A DNA stretch of 64,000 nt from Felis catus (Eukaryota). A model generated the notes under the pieces. It saw only the letters and a program-made list of their open reading frames with translations. It ran no database searches and was not told the origin of the DNA. The position numbers and the translations under genes are program-made. Below are positions 25,480 to 38,305 of the stretch, one piece after another; within the stretch, counting starts at the first letter, position 1, and each line of letters starts with the position of its first letter. Location of the stretch: contig NC_058368.1 of NCBI RefSeq assembly GCF_018350175.1, positions 12,338,001 to 12,402,000 of the forward strand, in the 5' to 3' direction.

Positions 25480-26640
25480 AAATTAATTTATGGTCATCTT
25501 CCAAGGTCAGCACAACTTCATTTCCTTCTCCCGAACGTTTCAGTCTCCTTTTCACAGCTTAATACTTTTGGACCACTATCTCCTAACTGAAATTCTTTCT
25601 TTGCATGGATATACTCTTATTACATCCCTTTTGGTTTTCTTTGCTTCGTTTTCTTCCTTCTCCATCTTCTCATGTGTATGCTTTCCCCATATACCGGAGA
25701 TCTGCACCTTAACTTCTTCTCTTTCTTCCTACACCAGCCTTCTACAGTGTCATTCCACACCCAGGAATTCAACTTTCTCCACTTGCTAATGACATCCTAA
25801 TTCCTCTCTGTGCTCTGAACCTCTCCTGAAACCCCACTTTTGTCCATTTGCCAAGTCCCAGGGATTTCCAACTACCACCTGACTATCAAATTGACCCCCA
25901 ACCCAACTGAACTCAGAATCTTTCCCAGGAGTTGGATTTGTCTTCTTGGCATGCTCAATACTCTTTTTTTTTTTTTTTTTTTAAGATTTTTAAAAATGCT
26001 TATTTATTTATTTTGAGAGAGACAGTGCACAGGAGCGTGAGCATGAGCAAGGGAGGGGGAGAGAGAGCGAGACAGAGAATCCCAAGCAGGCTCCATGTTC
26101 AGTGCAGAGCCTGACACAGAATTCGATCTCATCACTGTGAGATTATGACCTGAGCCAAAACCAAGAAAGTCAGACACTTAACCTACTGAGCCACCCAGGT
26201 TCCCCGACATGCATAATATTCTTAATGAAACTGTTTTTCTTAGCTAAGTAGGTAAAGCAAGCAGAATATATAATCTCGTAATCTTGTTTTTCCTTGGCCT
26301 TTACTTTCACTCAGTTTATAAATTCATAACACATCTATATATTGAGTACTTGCCAGGTGAAGGCACAGTGTCAGTGCTGGTCATCTAAGACTTGGTTCTT
26401 GCCTTCTAGAGGGTAAACAAGCCTCATTTTGTAATATTTTATTCTTCCTTTCTGTTTCCACCATTGACATGTTTTGGAGTAGCCTTAATTCTAACCTGAA
26501 CTATTGCAATTGACTCTTTTTCTGGTCTTCCCATCTCCAGCTTCTTGCTTCTCCAGGTAATTCTAGATCTTCCTGCTAAATAAACATTCCTAGATTACAG
26601 CGGTCAGCAGTGTGATCCCTTGATCAAAACTCCAATCTCC
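25480..26640 (+). mobile_element. Degenerate L2 body, interrupted
   Basis: Pyrimidine-rich L2 motifs 'tgctaatgacatcctaatt...acctctcctgaa' and 'acctgaactattgcaat...ctggtcttccc'. Confidence 0.6.
25966..26205 (-). mobile_element. CAN-SINE
   Basis: Reverse SINE with a T tract; degenerate TSD catgctcaatactctt / catgcataatattctt. Confidence 0.93.
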
Positions 26641-28080
26641 CCTTCTTCTCTCTGCCCCTGCAGGACCCACCTGGCTGCCCTCATCAAAATCCTGTAAGAA
26701 AAAGCCTGTCACAACCTCTACTGATAACTCTGGGAGACAGCATATGTTTTCTGAAAAAATCTTTGCCTTTAACATAAACTAACTAATTGGGTTGAAAAAG
26801 TATTTTCTGGCTCAAAATAAAATGAAACACCTTATCTGGTGATAAAAATCAGAGTAAGCCAGGTTTAGAGAACTGTTTAGTAACATTGGCAGCATTTTTA
26901 CAAGGTGAAATAGACCAAATTATATCTTTCAGGAACATATCTTATGTAAACCATACAGAGTAACTGATTAATACTATTGAAGGACATAGCAGTAGAAAGT
27001 AGAAATATGTTTTGAGACTAGCTCTATCACTGACTTGTTGTGGGTGACCTTGAATTACTTCCAGCTCATGTATTCTAAGATTCTGTTTAAAATAGCATTT
27101 GCCTTTATTTTTTTCACTCATATACAAATATAGCACCACATAAAGCCCTACGAACTCAACTGTGAATACAACAAACATAATCCCAGCTTCCCTGGAATTT
27201 TTCTTTGTTGGTTCAATTCCTGGCTAGTTTCAAAGGCAAAGCCAGATGGTAAGACCAAAGATTTAGCTGAAGACCAAAGACTGAATTGTCCTGAGGTACT
27301 ATATTGGACTACGATAGGCTGCTCAAGAGAAGAGAATACAGATAGAATCAGGTGAGATAAATAATTTGGGGAAAATGAATACATTGCCCCTAGAAGACAA
27401 AGTGAGTGATAAAAACTTTTACGTTGGAAGGACAGTACATCCTTAAAATTGATCATCTAGTTATTATTACTATCATCATTATTATTAAATTTATGTTTAA
27501 TAAGGAATAGACTAGTGGTTTTGAACTTTTGATTTAGAATCCCAAGACCTAAATATTTTCTATGAAGAAGGAAAGATTCAGTTTTAGGAAGCAAAAATAG
27601 TAGAAAGCCCGTGAACTTTGGGGTGAGAAAATCTGAATTGAAGGTCCAGTTCTGCCGCTATTTAGTAATTGCTGAAAGGCCTTCATTATCCTTAGGCTTC
27701 AGTTGATTGATCTGTGGCAATAACAATAGCTAACATATAAGTGCATATTACAAGCTAAGTGTGGTTCTAAGCACTTTATACACATTATCTAATTCTGTGA
27801 TATCTCCATGAGGTAGAATAATATTTTTTCTTGTGGTAAAAAAAAAATGACAAATTTATGATCTTAAACATTTTAAGTGTACAGGATATGAATGTTACTT
27901 ATATGAACATTATTGTGCAACAGATCTGTAGAGTTTTTTGTCTTGTAAAACTGGAAACTCTTCACCAACTCCCTATTATCTCCCTCCCCAAGCCCTGGTA
28001 ATCGCCATTCTACTTTCTGTTTCTGTGAGTTTTACTACTCTGGGTACCTCACACAAATGGAATCATGCAGTATTTCTTTT

Positions 28081-28301
28081 CTTTTCTTTCTTTCTTTTTT
28101 TTAATGTTTATTTACTTTTGAGAGAGATAGAGAGTGAGTGGGGGAGGGGCACAGAGAGAGAGGGCGACACAGAATCTGAAGCAGGCTCCAGGCTCTGAGC
28201 TGTCAGCACTGAGCCCGACATGGGACTCAAACTCATGGATAATGAGATCAATACCTGAGCCAAAGTCGGATGCTTAACCAACTGAGCCACCCAAGCACCT
28301 C
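28081..28301 (-). mobile_element. Feliform CAN-SINE inside L1
   Basis: TSD gaatcatgcagt(a/g)tttctttt at 28060-28080 and 28303-28323. Confidence 0.95.
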
Positions 28302-29933
28302 AGAATCATGCAGTGTTTCTTTTTGTCATTGGCTTACTTCACTTAGTATCACGTCCTCACGGTTCATCTATGTTGTAGCATGTGACAGGATTTCCTTCTT
28401 TTCTGAGGCTTAATAATATTCCACTTTGACCCTTTCACTGGTTGGTGGATGTTTAGGTGGCTTCCACCTGTTGGCTATTGTGACTAATGTTGCAATAAAT
28501 ATGAGTATGCAGATATCTCTTGAAGATACTTTTTCATTTTTTTAAATATATACCAAGAAGCAGGATTGTTGGATCATATGGTAATTCTATTTTTAATTTT
28601 TTGAGGAACCCTCATCCTGTTTTCCATAGTGGATACGCCAGTCTGCATTCTCACCAACATTGCACGAGGATTCCTATTTCTCTACATCTTCACCAACACT
28701 TGTTATTTTGTTTTTTTGGTTTTGTTTTGCCTTTTTTCCCCCTTAATAATTGTTTTTCTAATGGGTGTGAGGTGATATCTCATTTTGGTTTTAATTTGCA
28801 TTTCCCGATGATTGGTAACGTTGAGCATTTTTCAGATGCTTGTTAGTCTTTTGTATATCTTCTTTGGAGAAATGTCTATTCAAGTCCTTCACCATTTTTT
28901 AATCAGGTGGGTTATTTGTTTTTGTTGTTGAATTATAGAAGTCCTTTATATATTTTGGATGTTAACCTCTTATGAGATACATACTTTGCAAATATTCTCT
29001 CTCATTCCGTAGGTTAGCTTTTCACTCTGTTGACTGTTTCCTTTGCTGTGCAAAGGTTTTAAACAGTTTTATATAGTCCCATTTGACTATTTTTGCTTTT
29101 GCTGCCTGTACTTTAGGTGTTATATCCAAGAAATCATTGCCAAATCCAATGTTATTAAGATTTCCCCCTATATTTTCTTCTACCTTACAGTTTTAGGTCT
29201 TACTTTTAGATCTTCAATTCATTCTGAATTTTTGTGTACAGTGTAAATTCATTCTTTTGCACGCAAATATCCAGTTTTTCCCGTACCATTTGTTGAAGAG
29301 AGGATCCTATTCCCATTGTGTAGTCTCGGTGCCCTTATTGAAGATCATTTGTGACCATGCACGTGACAATTTATTTATGGGCTCTCTGTTTTATTCTATT
29401 GGTGAATATGTCTGTCTTTATGCTAGTACCATACTGTTTGGATAACTGTAGCTTTGCGATATGTTTTGAAATCAGGAAGTATGAGGTTTCAAGTTTTGTT
29501 CTTATTTCTCAGGATTGCTTTAGCTATTCAGGGTTCTTTGAGATTCCATGTGAATTTCAAGCTGTTTTTTCTATATTTGAAAAAAAAATGCCACTGGAAT
29601 TTTGATAGACATTGTACTGAAGCTGCAGATTGCATTGGGTAGTGTGGACATTTTAGCAATATTAAGTCTTATAGTCCATGGACATGGGATGTCTTTCCAT
29701 TTGTTTGTATCTTCCTTAATTTCTTTCAGCAATGTTTAGTAGTTCTCAGTGGGCAAAATTTTTTGCCTCTTTGGTTAAGTATATTCCTACATATTTTATT
29801 CTTTCCTGATGCTATTATAAAGAGAACTGTTTTCTTAATTTCCTGTTTGGATTGCTCATTATTAGTGTAAGGAAATGCAAATGATATTTGTGCATTGCTT
29901 TTGTATCCAGTTACTTTGTTGAATTTATTAGTT

Positions 29934-29936
<3 letters not shown>

Positions 29937-29980
<44 letters not shown>
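29937..29980. repeat. (GT)~22 microsatellite
   Basis: Direct inspection. Confidence 0.95.
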
Positions 29981-29983
<3 letters not shown>

Positions 29984-31004
29984 CTTACGGTTTTTTAGGT
30001 ATAAGATCATGTCATCTGTGAACAGAGATAGTTTTACTTCTTCTTTACTAATGTGGATGCATTGGTAGAGTGCTATTATTAACATCATATTACAAATGAT
30101 GAAACTGTGTTCTTTCTTTTATGAGATTGTTGTGAGGATTGCATGGTTTATGGGTATGAAATTGCTTTATAAAGTATTTTAGGACTCACTGATTTCTACA
30201 ATCAATTAACAGACTGCCATTCATTGTAAGTAGACTCTAAGTTATTTCCTAGCCCTAATTGAGGCTTATAAAGACAAAATAACAGAGTGAGTTAAAGGAA
30301 TCTACTAAATGTTTAAAATCTAGGTAAGAAATAACTTGGATCTTCAGACTTATTGTGGAGTAATGGAATAAAACCACAAACTAAACTTTGTATTGATGTT
30401 AAACTAAAACAAAAACTTTGACTTGTGATGAAATAATTTTGGGTTCTACCTCAGACACATCTTCTAGGTGATTTCAGTCTGAATATATATAAAAATGGAA
30501 TAGAAATAAGATTAAATAGTATAAAATTAATAATAGTCTTATGGCTAAAATTATTTTTAAAACATCTTTTCCTTTTCATATATTAGGGCTGATATATTAA
30601 GAGGTTTAACTAGTGTGTCTGTTTTTCTGTTCTTGGATCTTGCAAGACCTATTAAATTTCTCTAAATTAGAAGATACATATTACTACTCACTGCACAGTA
30701 AAAATAATACCAATTCCCTCCAGACTGCTCATTTCTGGAAGCATGGATTAAGCCTCAGAAAACACTTCTCCATTGAACACTTCTTTCTGACTGACTGCTC
30801 ATAGGAATTCCTGTTTCCTCTCTACTCTGTTTTGCCAGCAGAGATGACATGGGAGGATGCCCCCTCTCATCCCATCCCTAGCCCCCACCCCTACGGTGTT
30901 AAGTGCCTCAGCTTCTTCCTCATGGTACTCATTGATGGACCTCACCATACTCAGTTCTCCTTCATTTGAATCACACTATCTCCCACCTTTAACCAGACCC
31001 ACAC

Positions 31005-31910
31005 ACATTCATTCAATAAACATTAATTGAGCACTTACTATGTCCTAAAGCTCTGAAGTACAAAATTAAATAGAAATTTTGTGTGTGTGTGGTTGAGAGA
31101 GAGGTAAGCATCAAAGAGGTGTATTTCACAGTAAAGACTTTCTCTGAAGGGAAGTCACACTTCCCTTCAGATTATAAGAATATGACCATTTCAAGGAGTT
31201 GTGAGGAACATAGTTTGTGAGGACGAAAAGTGTCTGTGTGGGAGAATGGCTAGATTGAGGCCAAGAATGAAGGGCCTTTTACACCACCTTGAGGAGTTTG
31301 TATTTTAATTCCATGGGCCATAGGGATTTTCAAGAAGATAATTAGAGATGAACTGTTTTCTTCCAAAATATCTCTAACAACAGTGTGGAGGCTTAACCAT
31401 AAAGTGGGGGGAACCCCTTTGCTGGGCCACTAGTAGTGGCCACAGGGACAATGGCGGCCTAGACTCAGCTGGGTGCTGTGGACAGGAAGGGTGGGCAAAA
31501 TCAGGTTCCCCAATGCCCCTCCTTTTTCTCACAACACCTTCTTTCATTGAACTTGGAGATTTTCATATTATCAATGGGTTATAAGTTCCTTGGGGGCAGA
31601 AACCGTATTGACCGCGTTTACCTGTCAAACCCAAACCTACACATGAAGCCCCGCACATGTCAGGTGTCTAAGAGACATCTGTTTAAGGGTGGAAGGCAGG
31701 AACCATGAGATAGATGTGGGATGGAGAGAAATGGAGTTGATGATTCTCAGGCTCTTGACTTGGGCAATTATTTGGATGGTAATACCTTTATCTGGGAAAG
31801 GGGATAAAATGAAAGATGCAAATAGGGATGGAGGTGGGGGGAGGAGAGTTAGTGAGTTCTCTGTGGATGAGCTGATTCGGAGATGCCTGAGGAGCAGCCA
31901 GGTAGAGAGA
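31005..31910 (-). mobile_element. L2 fragments (with a + strand L2 3' piece at ~31570-31700)
   Basis: Reverse L2 tail 'cattcattcaataaacattaattgagcacttactatgt' and further L2 motifs. Confidence 0.65.
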
Positions 31911-31974
31911 TGCCTGAAGCCCATGCCGTTTTGCTTGCCTTGGTGGGTGAGGAGAGAATACAGGAGGCATTAGC

Positions 31975-32180
31975 CTCACTGACTGACAGCTGCTATGTAA
32001 CTGGCACTTTGCTAGGTAGGTCTCTAAGCACTGACTCTAACTCTCACAACCATTATGATAGGGAGGCATTGGTACCAAGAGATGAGGGAAGTTTAGCTTG
32101 AATAGGTTAATAATTTCTTACTAGAACCCGTACAGTGAGATTTGAATCCGAGTTCTCAGAACTTCAGAGTTATTAGTCAC
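31975..32180 (-). mobile_element. MIR SINE
   Basis: 'ctgctatgtaactggcactttgctagg...ctcacaaccattatgatagg'. Confidence 0.6.
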
Positions 32181-32254
32181 CTTCTCAACGCCTTCCACCA
32201 CTCCGCACCTCCTCACCCCTCCACTCCAATACATTATAGTCGACTCTTTACAAA

Positions 32255-32756
32255 GACTTACAGAGAGGGCTGCATTAATTCCTCCCACCCCAGCATCTCC
32301 CTTTGCAATTTGACCTGGCTACTCCTCTAATCAAAAGCGCCCTTAAATATGGACTTGGTGCTGTGAATTCCTCCGACCAGCAAACGAAGAAGTGATATTG
32401 TGTAACTTATGAGCCTAGGGTTGAAGAGGTCTTTCAGCTTCCGTACTGACCCTCTGGGAACTCTGAGACAAGAAGTCCAGGCTAGCCTCCCTGAGCATGA
32501 GAGCACACATGGAGACAGGCCTAGCTGACAACTAAAACCAGCCACCAGGCACGTGAGGGAGGCAGTATTGGTCACTAGACTCCACCAAGCTGCCAGACGA
32601 CTCTTGGCACATGGCTGAACCAGAGACCAACAGAAGAAGCTATTAGCTGAGCCCTGCCCAAATTGCCGATATACAGAATTGTGAACTAATAAATGATTTT
32701 TGGTTCAATCATTAAGTTTGGAGTGGTTTGTTACTTTGCAATAGCTAACTGATACA
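32255..32756 (+). mobile_element. MLT1 (MaLR) solo LTR
   Basis: Ends 'aataaat...aagtttggagtggtttgttactttgcaatagctaactgataca', a typical MLT1 terminus. Confidence 0.85.
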
Positions 32757-34419
32757 TCCCTACACTCAGATATACCCATCAAGTTGTCTCTGATGACAGA
32801 AACAATTGCCTTATCACTAGCAGGGAGGAAGAAAGTGTCACATGTCAGAACCAGTTCCAGACATTTCAAGTTATTTGAAACATTAGCTTCTTTTTTCCGA
32901 GAAATGATGAATAACTATTAATACTGTATAGTTGAGTTTCACTGTGAGTTAAACAGGTTATTGTGGGTGAGTAGGAAACTCAGCATGCTTAACTGCTGGT
33001 TCTAGGGGGAAACATTCCTCATTTGAATCAACTCATTTATAAACTCACTCATTGGTAAACTAAGGATGATTTATCCTAAGACATGATACTTCACGTCATA
33101 AGAGCAGATCAGCAGAAAAGAGAGAGAACAGTGAGAAGTCAGAGCACAGTCCTCATCTGCATTTATATCCTTGCAGGAACGTTTACAAAAGAAAATATAT
33201 CCTGCAATTGCAAAACACTGCAGATGTGCTTCTAGAGCCTTGTGTTCTGGGAAGAGAATGACTTTCAGCCATAATTGAATCATTCGGGGCCACGTTCTGT
33301 GGGCACCCTAAGGTGATTATGCTCAGAATGGAGGCTTCCAGAATGTCATTTAGCAAAGGAAAACATGGCTGGATACCAGTAATAAACTAATGCCCTTGAG
33401 CTACTCATTTTTTATCACAACCTAATTGAAATGTACAAATTGTGTAATGCTCCCTGCTTGTGAGAGAGGGCAGGACTGAAATTCAGATGATTGATTCTGA
33501 AATTTAGCCACTAAGATAAGGTTTCTTCTTCAACAGAAAATATGTCACTGATCTAATTTCCGAGCAGCCAAGATAAGTGGAACTGTCATTCTGTCGTCCT
33601 GTTGGAAAGATTCTTTGTCTTCCACGTGAAAAGAAAGCTGCACAGACACATTTTTTTTTTGTTTCCAAAGTAGATTTCTGTTCTTTCATTCATTCTCATT
33701 TTTTAAAAGTAATTTAAAGAGTTGATTAAGTTAACTGGTAAACTCGAGGCCAGATTCTGCTTTTAAACGCACACTTGTGGTTACCGTATGCAGCAGAAGA
33801 GAGATATGGCCTGAGGACAATAATTATATTTTATTCACTGTACAAGTGGGATATTTGGAAGGTGCACAGAGGGGGAAGGGCAGGCCTGCCTATTATCCAG
33901 AGCAACATCACAAAGAATGAGCTCAAGCTTGGCAATTTCTTAAAAATTATAATTCCTTTGTGTGTGTCGGTAGAAGGGCAATTGTACTGTATTCACAGGC
34001 ATAAATGCTTTGTCTTTCTTCTGAAACAAAAGATAATAAATCCCAGGGTTACAATTTAAGACATGAGTGTCAGAGTGAACCCAGAAGAAATGATTTAAGA
34101 TGAATAAGTGACTGTCTTGTTTCACAAAAGAGAGACGTGTGGCAGTCATTAAGTTAGGATTGGATAAAACATGACCTATTCATTCACTTTGTATGCACCT
34201 AACGCACCTAGAAACATGCAGGCAGATCTCTAGTCAATGTTGGCTGGAATGTATTACAGATATGAGCTTCTTAAGTCTGCCTTTGTCTAAGTTTGGACGT
34301 CTGGAAGCAGAAAAGCAACTCCTAAAATTGCTGATTTAACAATCACACGGTCTAAATTTTAGTTTTATATCTCAATCAGTTTATATCTTAATCAACAGCT
34401 TTCTTGATTTTACTAAATT

Positions 34420-34740
34420 CTACCGAATAAATATTTGTGGAGCACTTTCTGTGAGGAACACTGGGCTGAGTAGGCACAACGGAGGATGCAAAGATATATA
34501 AGATATCCTCTAACTTCACTCAGCTTCTTAGACAGATAAGATAAAAATATTCACGACCATAAAACAGATACAGATAGGCAGAGACAATGAGAGAAAGAGA
34601 GAGGGAGAGACAGGACAAAACAACATGCAATGGGGTTGCAAAGACAGGAGGGAATTTATCTGCTGGCAAGAGAATGAAGGTTGCTTTCTGGAAGAAGAAC
34701 CTCAGAGGATAGATATAATTTCAATAGACAATGCTGAAAT
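34420..34740 (-). mobile_element. L2 3' fragment
   Basis: 'aataaatatttgtggagcactttctgtgaggaacactgggct'. Confidence 0.55.
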
Positions 34741-35207
34741 AATGGCAGTATGGTTAGGGAGAGTTATCGATTGTTGCAATTTAAACGAATAGCTGGATAA
34801 GGGCCCAGAAGAGAAAGTGCATTGTGGCTGAGTTTGGCTAGAGCCAAGGCACCAGGAGGCAGAGAATTAAAATGGAGCGTAGCTCCAACTGAGGACCCAG
34901 TGCTTAAGTTAGTAGGCAATGGAGCGAAATGATGAGCACTGGGCTCCGATGGCTGGATATACAGGTACAAATTCAACATGAAGCCAACTGTTTCCACGAC
35001 AATTGTACCACATGACCAGCACCCTCTCATTTATTTGGAGCTAGTATTTTTGCAACATTTTTCAAGGGACCCAAAGTTTCTCCCACATATATATATAAAA
35101 GCAAGAGGCAAAACCACATGATCTCAGTTATACATACATAACTGTATAATCCCTTACTAGTAAGTGCTGCAGCCATGACTCCCACGCTCTGTTGCCATCT
35201 CCTCAAA

Positions 35208-35371
35208 GGCATGATTCTCAACTTTGGCTGCATATCCCATCACCCGAGGTGCTTAAAAAGCAATGATGGGACACCACACCTCAGACCACCCCCAATCAGT
35301 GGGCCCAAACACCTTAGGTGTTAATAGCCCCCTAGGTGATTCAAAGGTACTGACGATGTTGGGGCCTACTG
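35208..35371. mobile_element. MER5-like MITE
   Basis: 'gattctcaactttggctgcat...gcccctaggtgattc'-type motifs. Confidence 0.65.
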
Positions 35372-36601
35372 ATGCAAAACACTTTTCATTCAGGCAATTT
35401 AAATGATCTTCCGAGGGTCCTTATATTGCTGCACTTCAAGACCCAACAGGATAAATATATTAATTTTGAATAAATGGACATATAACATTTTAGTTTAGAT
35501 TTCCACTGTGGTCATGGGTTTTGGATGAGTCAGGACTACCATCAGGAAGAAGAAGAGGAGTATGAAAAAGGAAGAAGAATGTAACACAGGAAAAGAACAT
35601 AACCCAGATGTTTAATGACAAAGGAATTTTTAAGGATACTTACAACTAAATGATCCTGGGTATGTGATAATGTGTTTGAGATTTGGGCACGTTAGCCTTA
35701 CAGGGCAAATCCCTGACAGTGGCCTTCAGATCTAGAGTTACCTCCTGTTGGGGTCAAGACTTGGAAGGAGGGAGGGGGAGCAGGGCCTCTGGCAGGAAGT
35801 CCAGTGACCTCTACTCTGCAGGGCCCCACCCATTCCTCTATTCCTGTTCCGTATTTCTTCTCCCTGTTCTTGTTTTTTTTTCTTTCTTTCTTTTTTTGAA
35901 TTCCTCCCGTTGTTGTCCCTTCTTTGTTCCACATTTGTTCTTTCTTCTTCTTTCCCTTCTTTCTATATCTCTTCAATCACTTCATTTCTTTCTCACCCTT
36001 ACCCGCTTCCTTATTAACCCAAACACCTGAATTATACAATATTTTAAATTATTACTTGTGTTTATTGAGTGAGCCCTATGTTCTCTAGTCTTAGATTTTA
36101 GGGTGCCAAAATCTTTCAAATAAATGTAAGCAAGTTGCTCTTCATTAATAAATGGGCCAGTGATTTCTGACAAAAGAGTACAAAACTGATATAGGAGAAG
36201 CAATTAATGCTACAGGAAGCATTATAGGAAGCTATTGTTAGGAAATGTGCTTCATGCAAATTCTCATGAAAAATACTTCACATTCTACATGGCATTAAAA
36301 TGACTGCTAGTTTATAAATTAAAATGAGAAAAACAAGTTAATAATAATATAACACCATTTCCATATATCTTGGGAGGATTTAGGAACAGGAAAATCAACA
36401 TACACTTGGAGATTAGCACCAGACACATCCAGCTGACAATGAATTTCAGTCTCAAGAAAACACATCAAATGATGGCCTGGTTGACCAAAGAGAAAGCACA
36501 ACACCACCTATACAAATTCTTGACCTTATATTCTTTTTGTCATTTTTTCCCCTTCTTGTAATGGGTTTTAAAATTAAGTCAATCCATGCCCATGATTTCT
36601 T

Positions 36602-36755
36602 TTTTTTAAATTTTTTATTCTTTAAGCAGGCTTCACACCCAGTGCAGAGCCCAACATGGGGCTTGAACTCACAACCCTGAGATCAAGACCCTGAGATCAA
36701 GACCTAAGCTGAGATCAAGAGTCAGATGCTTAACCGAATGAGCCACCAGGCACCT
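36602..36755 (-). mobile_element. Short CAN-SINE lacking the CT-rich region
   Basis: Reverse SINE head with a duplicated 'ccctgagatcaaga'; TSD tccat(g/a)cccatgatttctt. Confidence 0.92.
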
Positions 36756-36869
36756 ATTCCATACCCATGATTTCTTAAGGATGAATCTCAAAAAGCATTT
36801 CTTCCAAGAGTCATTCCCTGACTTGCCCTAGTTTCTTCAATAATTTCTTTTCTCAGGGTTTCCTTAGCC

Positions 36870-37100
36870 ATCTACAATGTGCCAGGCAATTTGGGGTGGG
36901 GGTGGGGGTGGGGTCAATTTACCAACATTATTTCTAATCAGTGCAACAATTTTGTGATGCAGATATTTGTAGCACTGATTACCATGAGGAAATTAAGGCT
37001 CAGAAATGGTAACTGGACTGTCTATATCACAGTTAACGTAAGTATAGTTGGTATTCAAACCCATATGTTTAATTTTGATGCCAGTGTTCTTTCTACTTCC
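36870..37100 (-). mobile_element. MIR SINE
   Basis: 'atgaggaaattaaggctcagaaatggtaact'. Confidence 0.7.
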
Positions 37101-37302
37101 TCATAGTCTCCCTTTTCTGTTTCTTCCCAATACCACCATAAACTAATTATCTTACTCATTATTAGACTAAAAGACTAAATCTGACTTAAAACAAATTCTA
37201 GCAAAGTGTATTCTAAACATTCTGAGCAGTAGACATTGCTGGGTATTGTTAAGGAAAATAAACCACTTTGGGATACCAATGTTCTTCCATTAGTTCTTCT
37301 TC

Positions 37303-37443
37303 TTTTTTTTTTTTTTTATGTTTTATTTATTTCCGGGCGTGGGTGGGGGGGTGGGTGCGGTAGAGAGGGAGACACAGAATCCAAAGCAGGCTCCAGGCTC
37401 CAAGCTGTCAGCACAGAGCCCTCTCCCAATGCTGGAACTCACA
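37303..37443 (-). mobile_element. 5'-truncated feliform CAN-SINE
   Basis: 'gagacacagaatccaaagcaggctccaggctccaagctgtcagcacagagccc'. Confidence 0.9.
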
Positions 37444-37559
37444 AGCCCTCTCCCACTAGCTCTTACATACCAAGCCAAAAGTTCCCTATGTGCTATCCAG
37501 TAATCAGTGCTGCCCTCAAAGCAAAGAGTTATGGATGTGACATAGATTTTTGTTTTGGA

Positions 37560-37830
37560 ATCTTTGCTTTGGAATCCATGCTGGTATAGATACAGCCTAG
37601 GACTACATCCTTGTTAAAGCACTGCTTCATATTACTCAAATTCACCTGAAACCCTATGAAGTCGTGTTTTCCAATTCTGTATTTATATGACAATAAACTT
37701 AAATGAAAGGCTTTATATTTATTCCTGTTTAATTTCCACCAGTGCTTTGGGTCCATTGTTCCGTCTTGTGAAAATCTTTTATACTTCTTAATCTGCCAAT
37801 GGATACACTAGGTATCCTCCCCAGGAAGCA
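37560..37830 (-). mobile_element. CR1/L3 LINE fossil (ORF2 C-terminal region)
   Basis: ORF 37529-37756 reads KLNRNKYKAFHL..YRIG..NMKQC..VVLGCI, resembling CR1 KFNxxKCKVLHLG..YRLG..MSQQC..ILGCI. Confidence 0.7.
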
Positions 37831-37917
37831 GGTGCCCCTTCCATATGTGCTACCGCCCCGCTGCTTGCCTCCCAAAGCCCCTCTTTTTCCATTTGAACAT
37901 ACTTTTGTTTTTGTTTG

Positions 37918-38040
37918 TTAGACTATCAGCTACATAAGGTCAAGGCCCTTGTCTGTCTTGTTCATTGATGAATCCTGGCCTCCAGCATAGGGCCTGGCAT
38001 GGTGTAGAAACTCATATGTTTTGAACAAATGAATGAATAA
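37918..38040 (+). mobile_element. L2 3' end
   Basis: 'tgtctgtcttgttcattg...agcatagggcctggcat...aatgaatgaat'. Confidence 0.8.
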
Positions 38041-38164
38041 AAGGAATGGGAAAATGGGGACAGGGCTGGGAAAGAAAGGGAAGAAAAGAAAAGGGAAGGG
38101 AGACATTACAGATAGAGGAAGGAAAAAGAACAGGATGAGTTCGGGAAAACAGTTTGGACGCAAT

Positions 38165-38305
38165 TTGGAATCTAAAACGCTTGAATTATGAATTATTTAA
38201 CATCTTGGAGCCTCGCGTTTTTATTTACAAAATAGGATGATACCAACTTCGTGGGATTGAGCAGAAAATTAAAGGAGATGATGTATGTGCAAACAGCTAG
38301 TGTAC
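38165..38305 (+). mobile_element. MIR fragment
   Basis: 'ttatttaacatcttggagcctcgcgttttt...aaaataggatgat'. Confidence 0.6.

Larger units (their letters stand above)
27826..30062 (-). mobile_element. 5'-truncated LINE-1 (L1MA/MB age) inserted in MIR
   Basis: The reverse strand encodes KEEVKLSLFTDDMILYL (RT FADD-type motif). The 3'UTR is at the left end, and MIR pieces flank both sides. Confidence 0.93.

Noticed and set aside
33537..33625. Strong + strand acceptor ttcttcttcaacag
   Set aside because: All three frames hit stops within 40 nt and there is no good donor.
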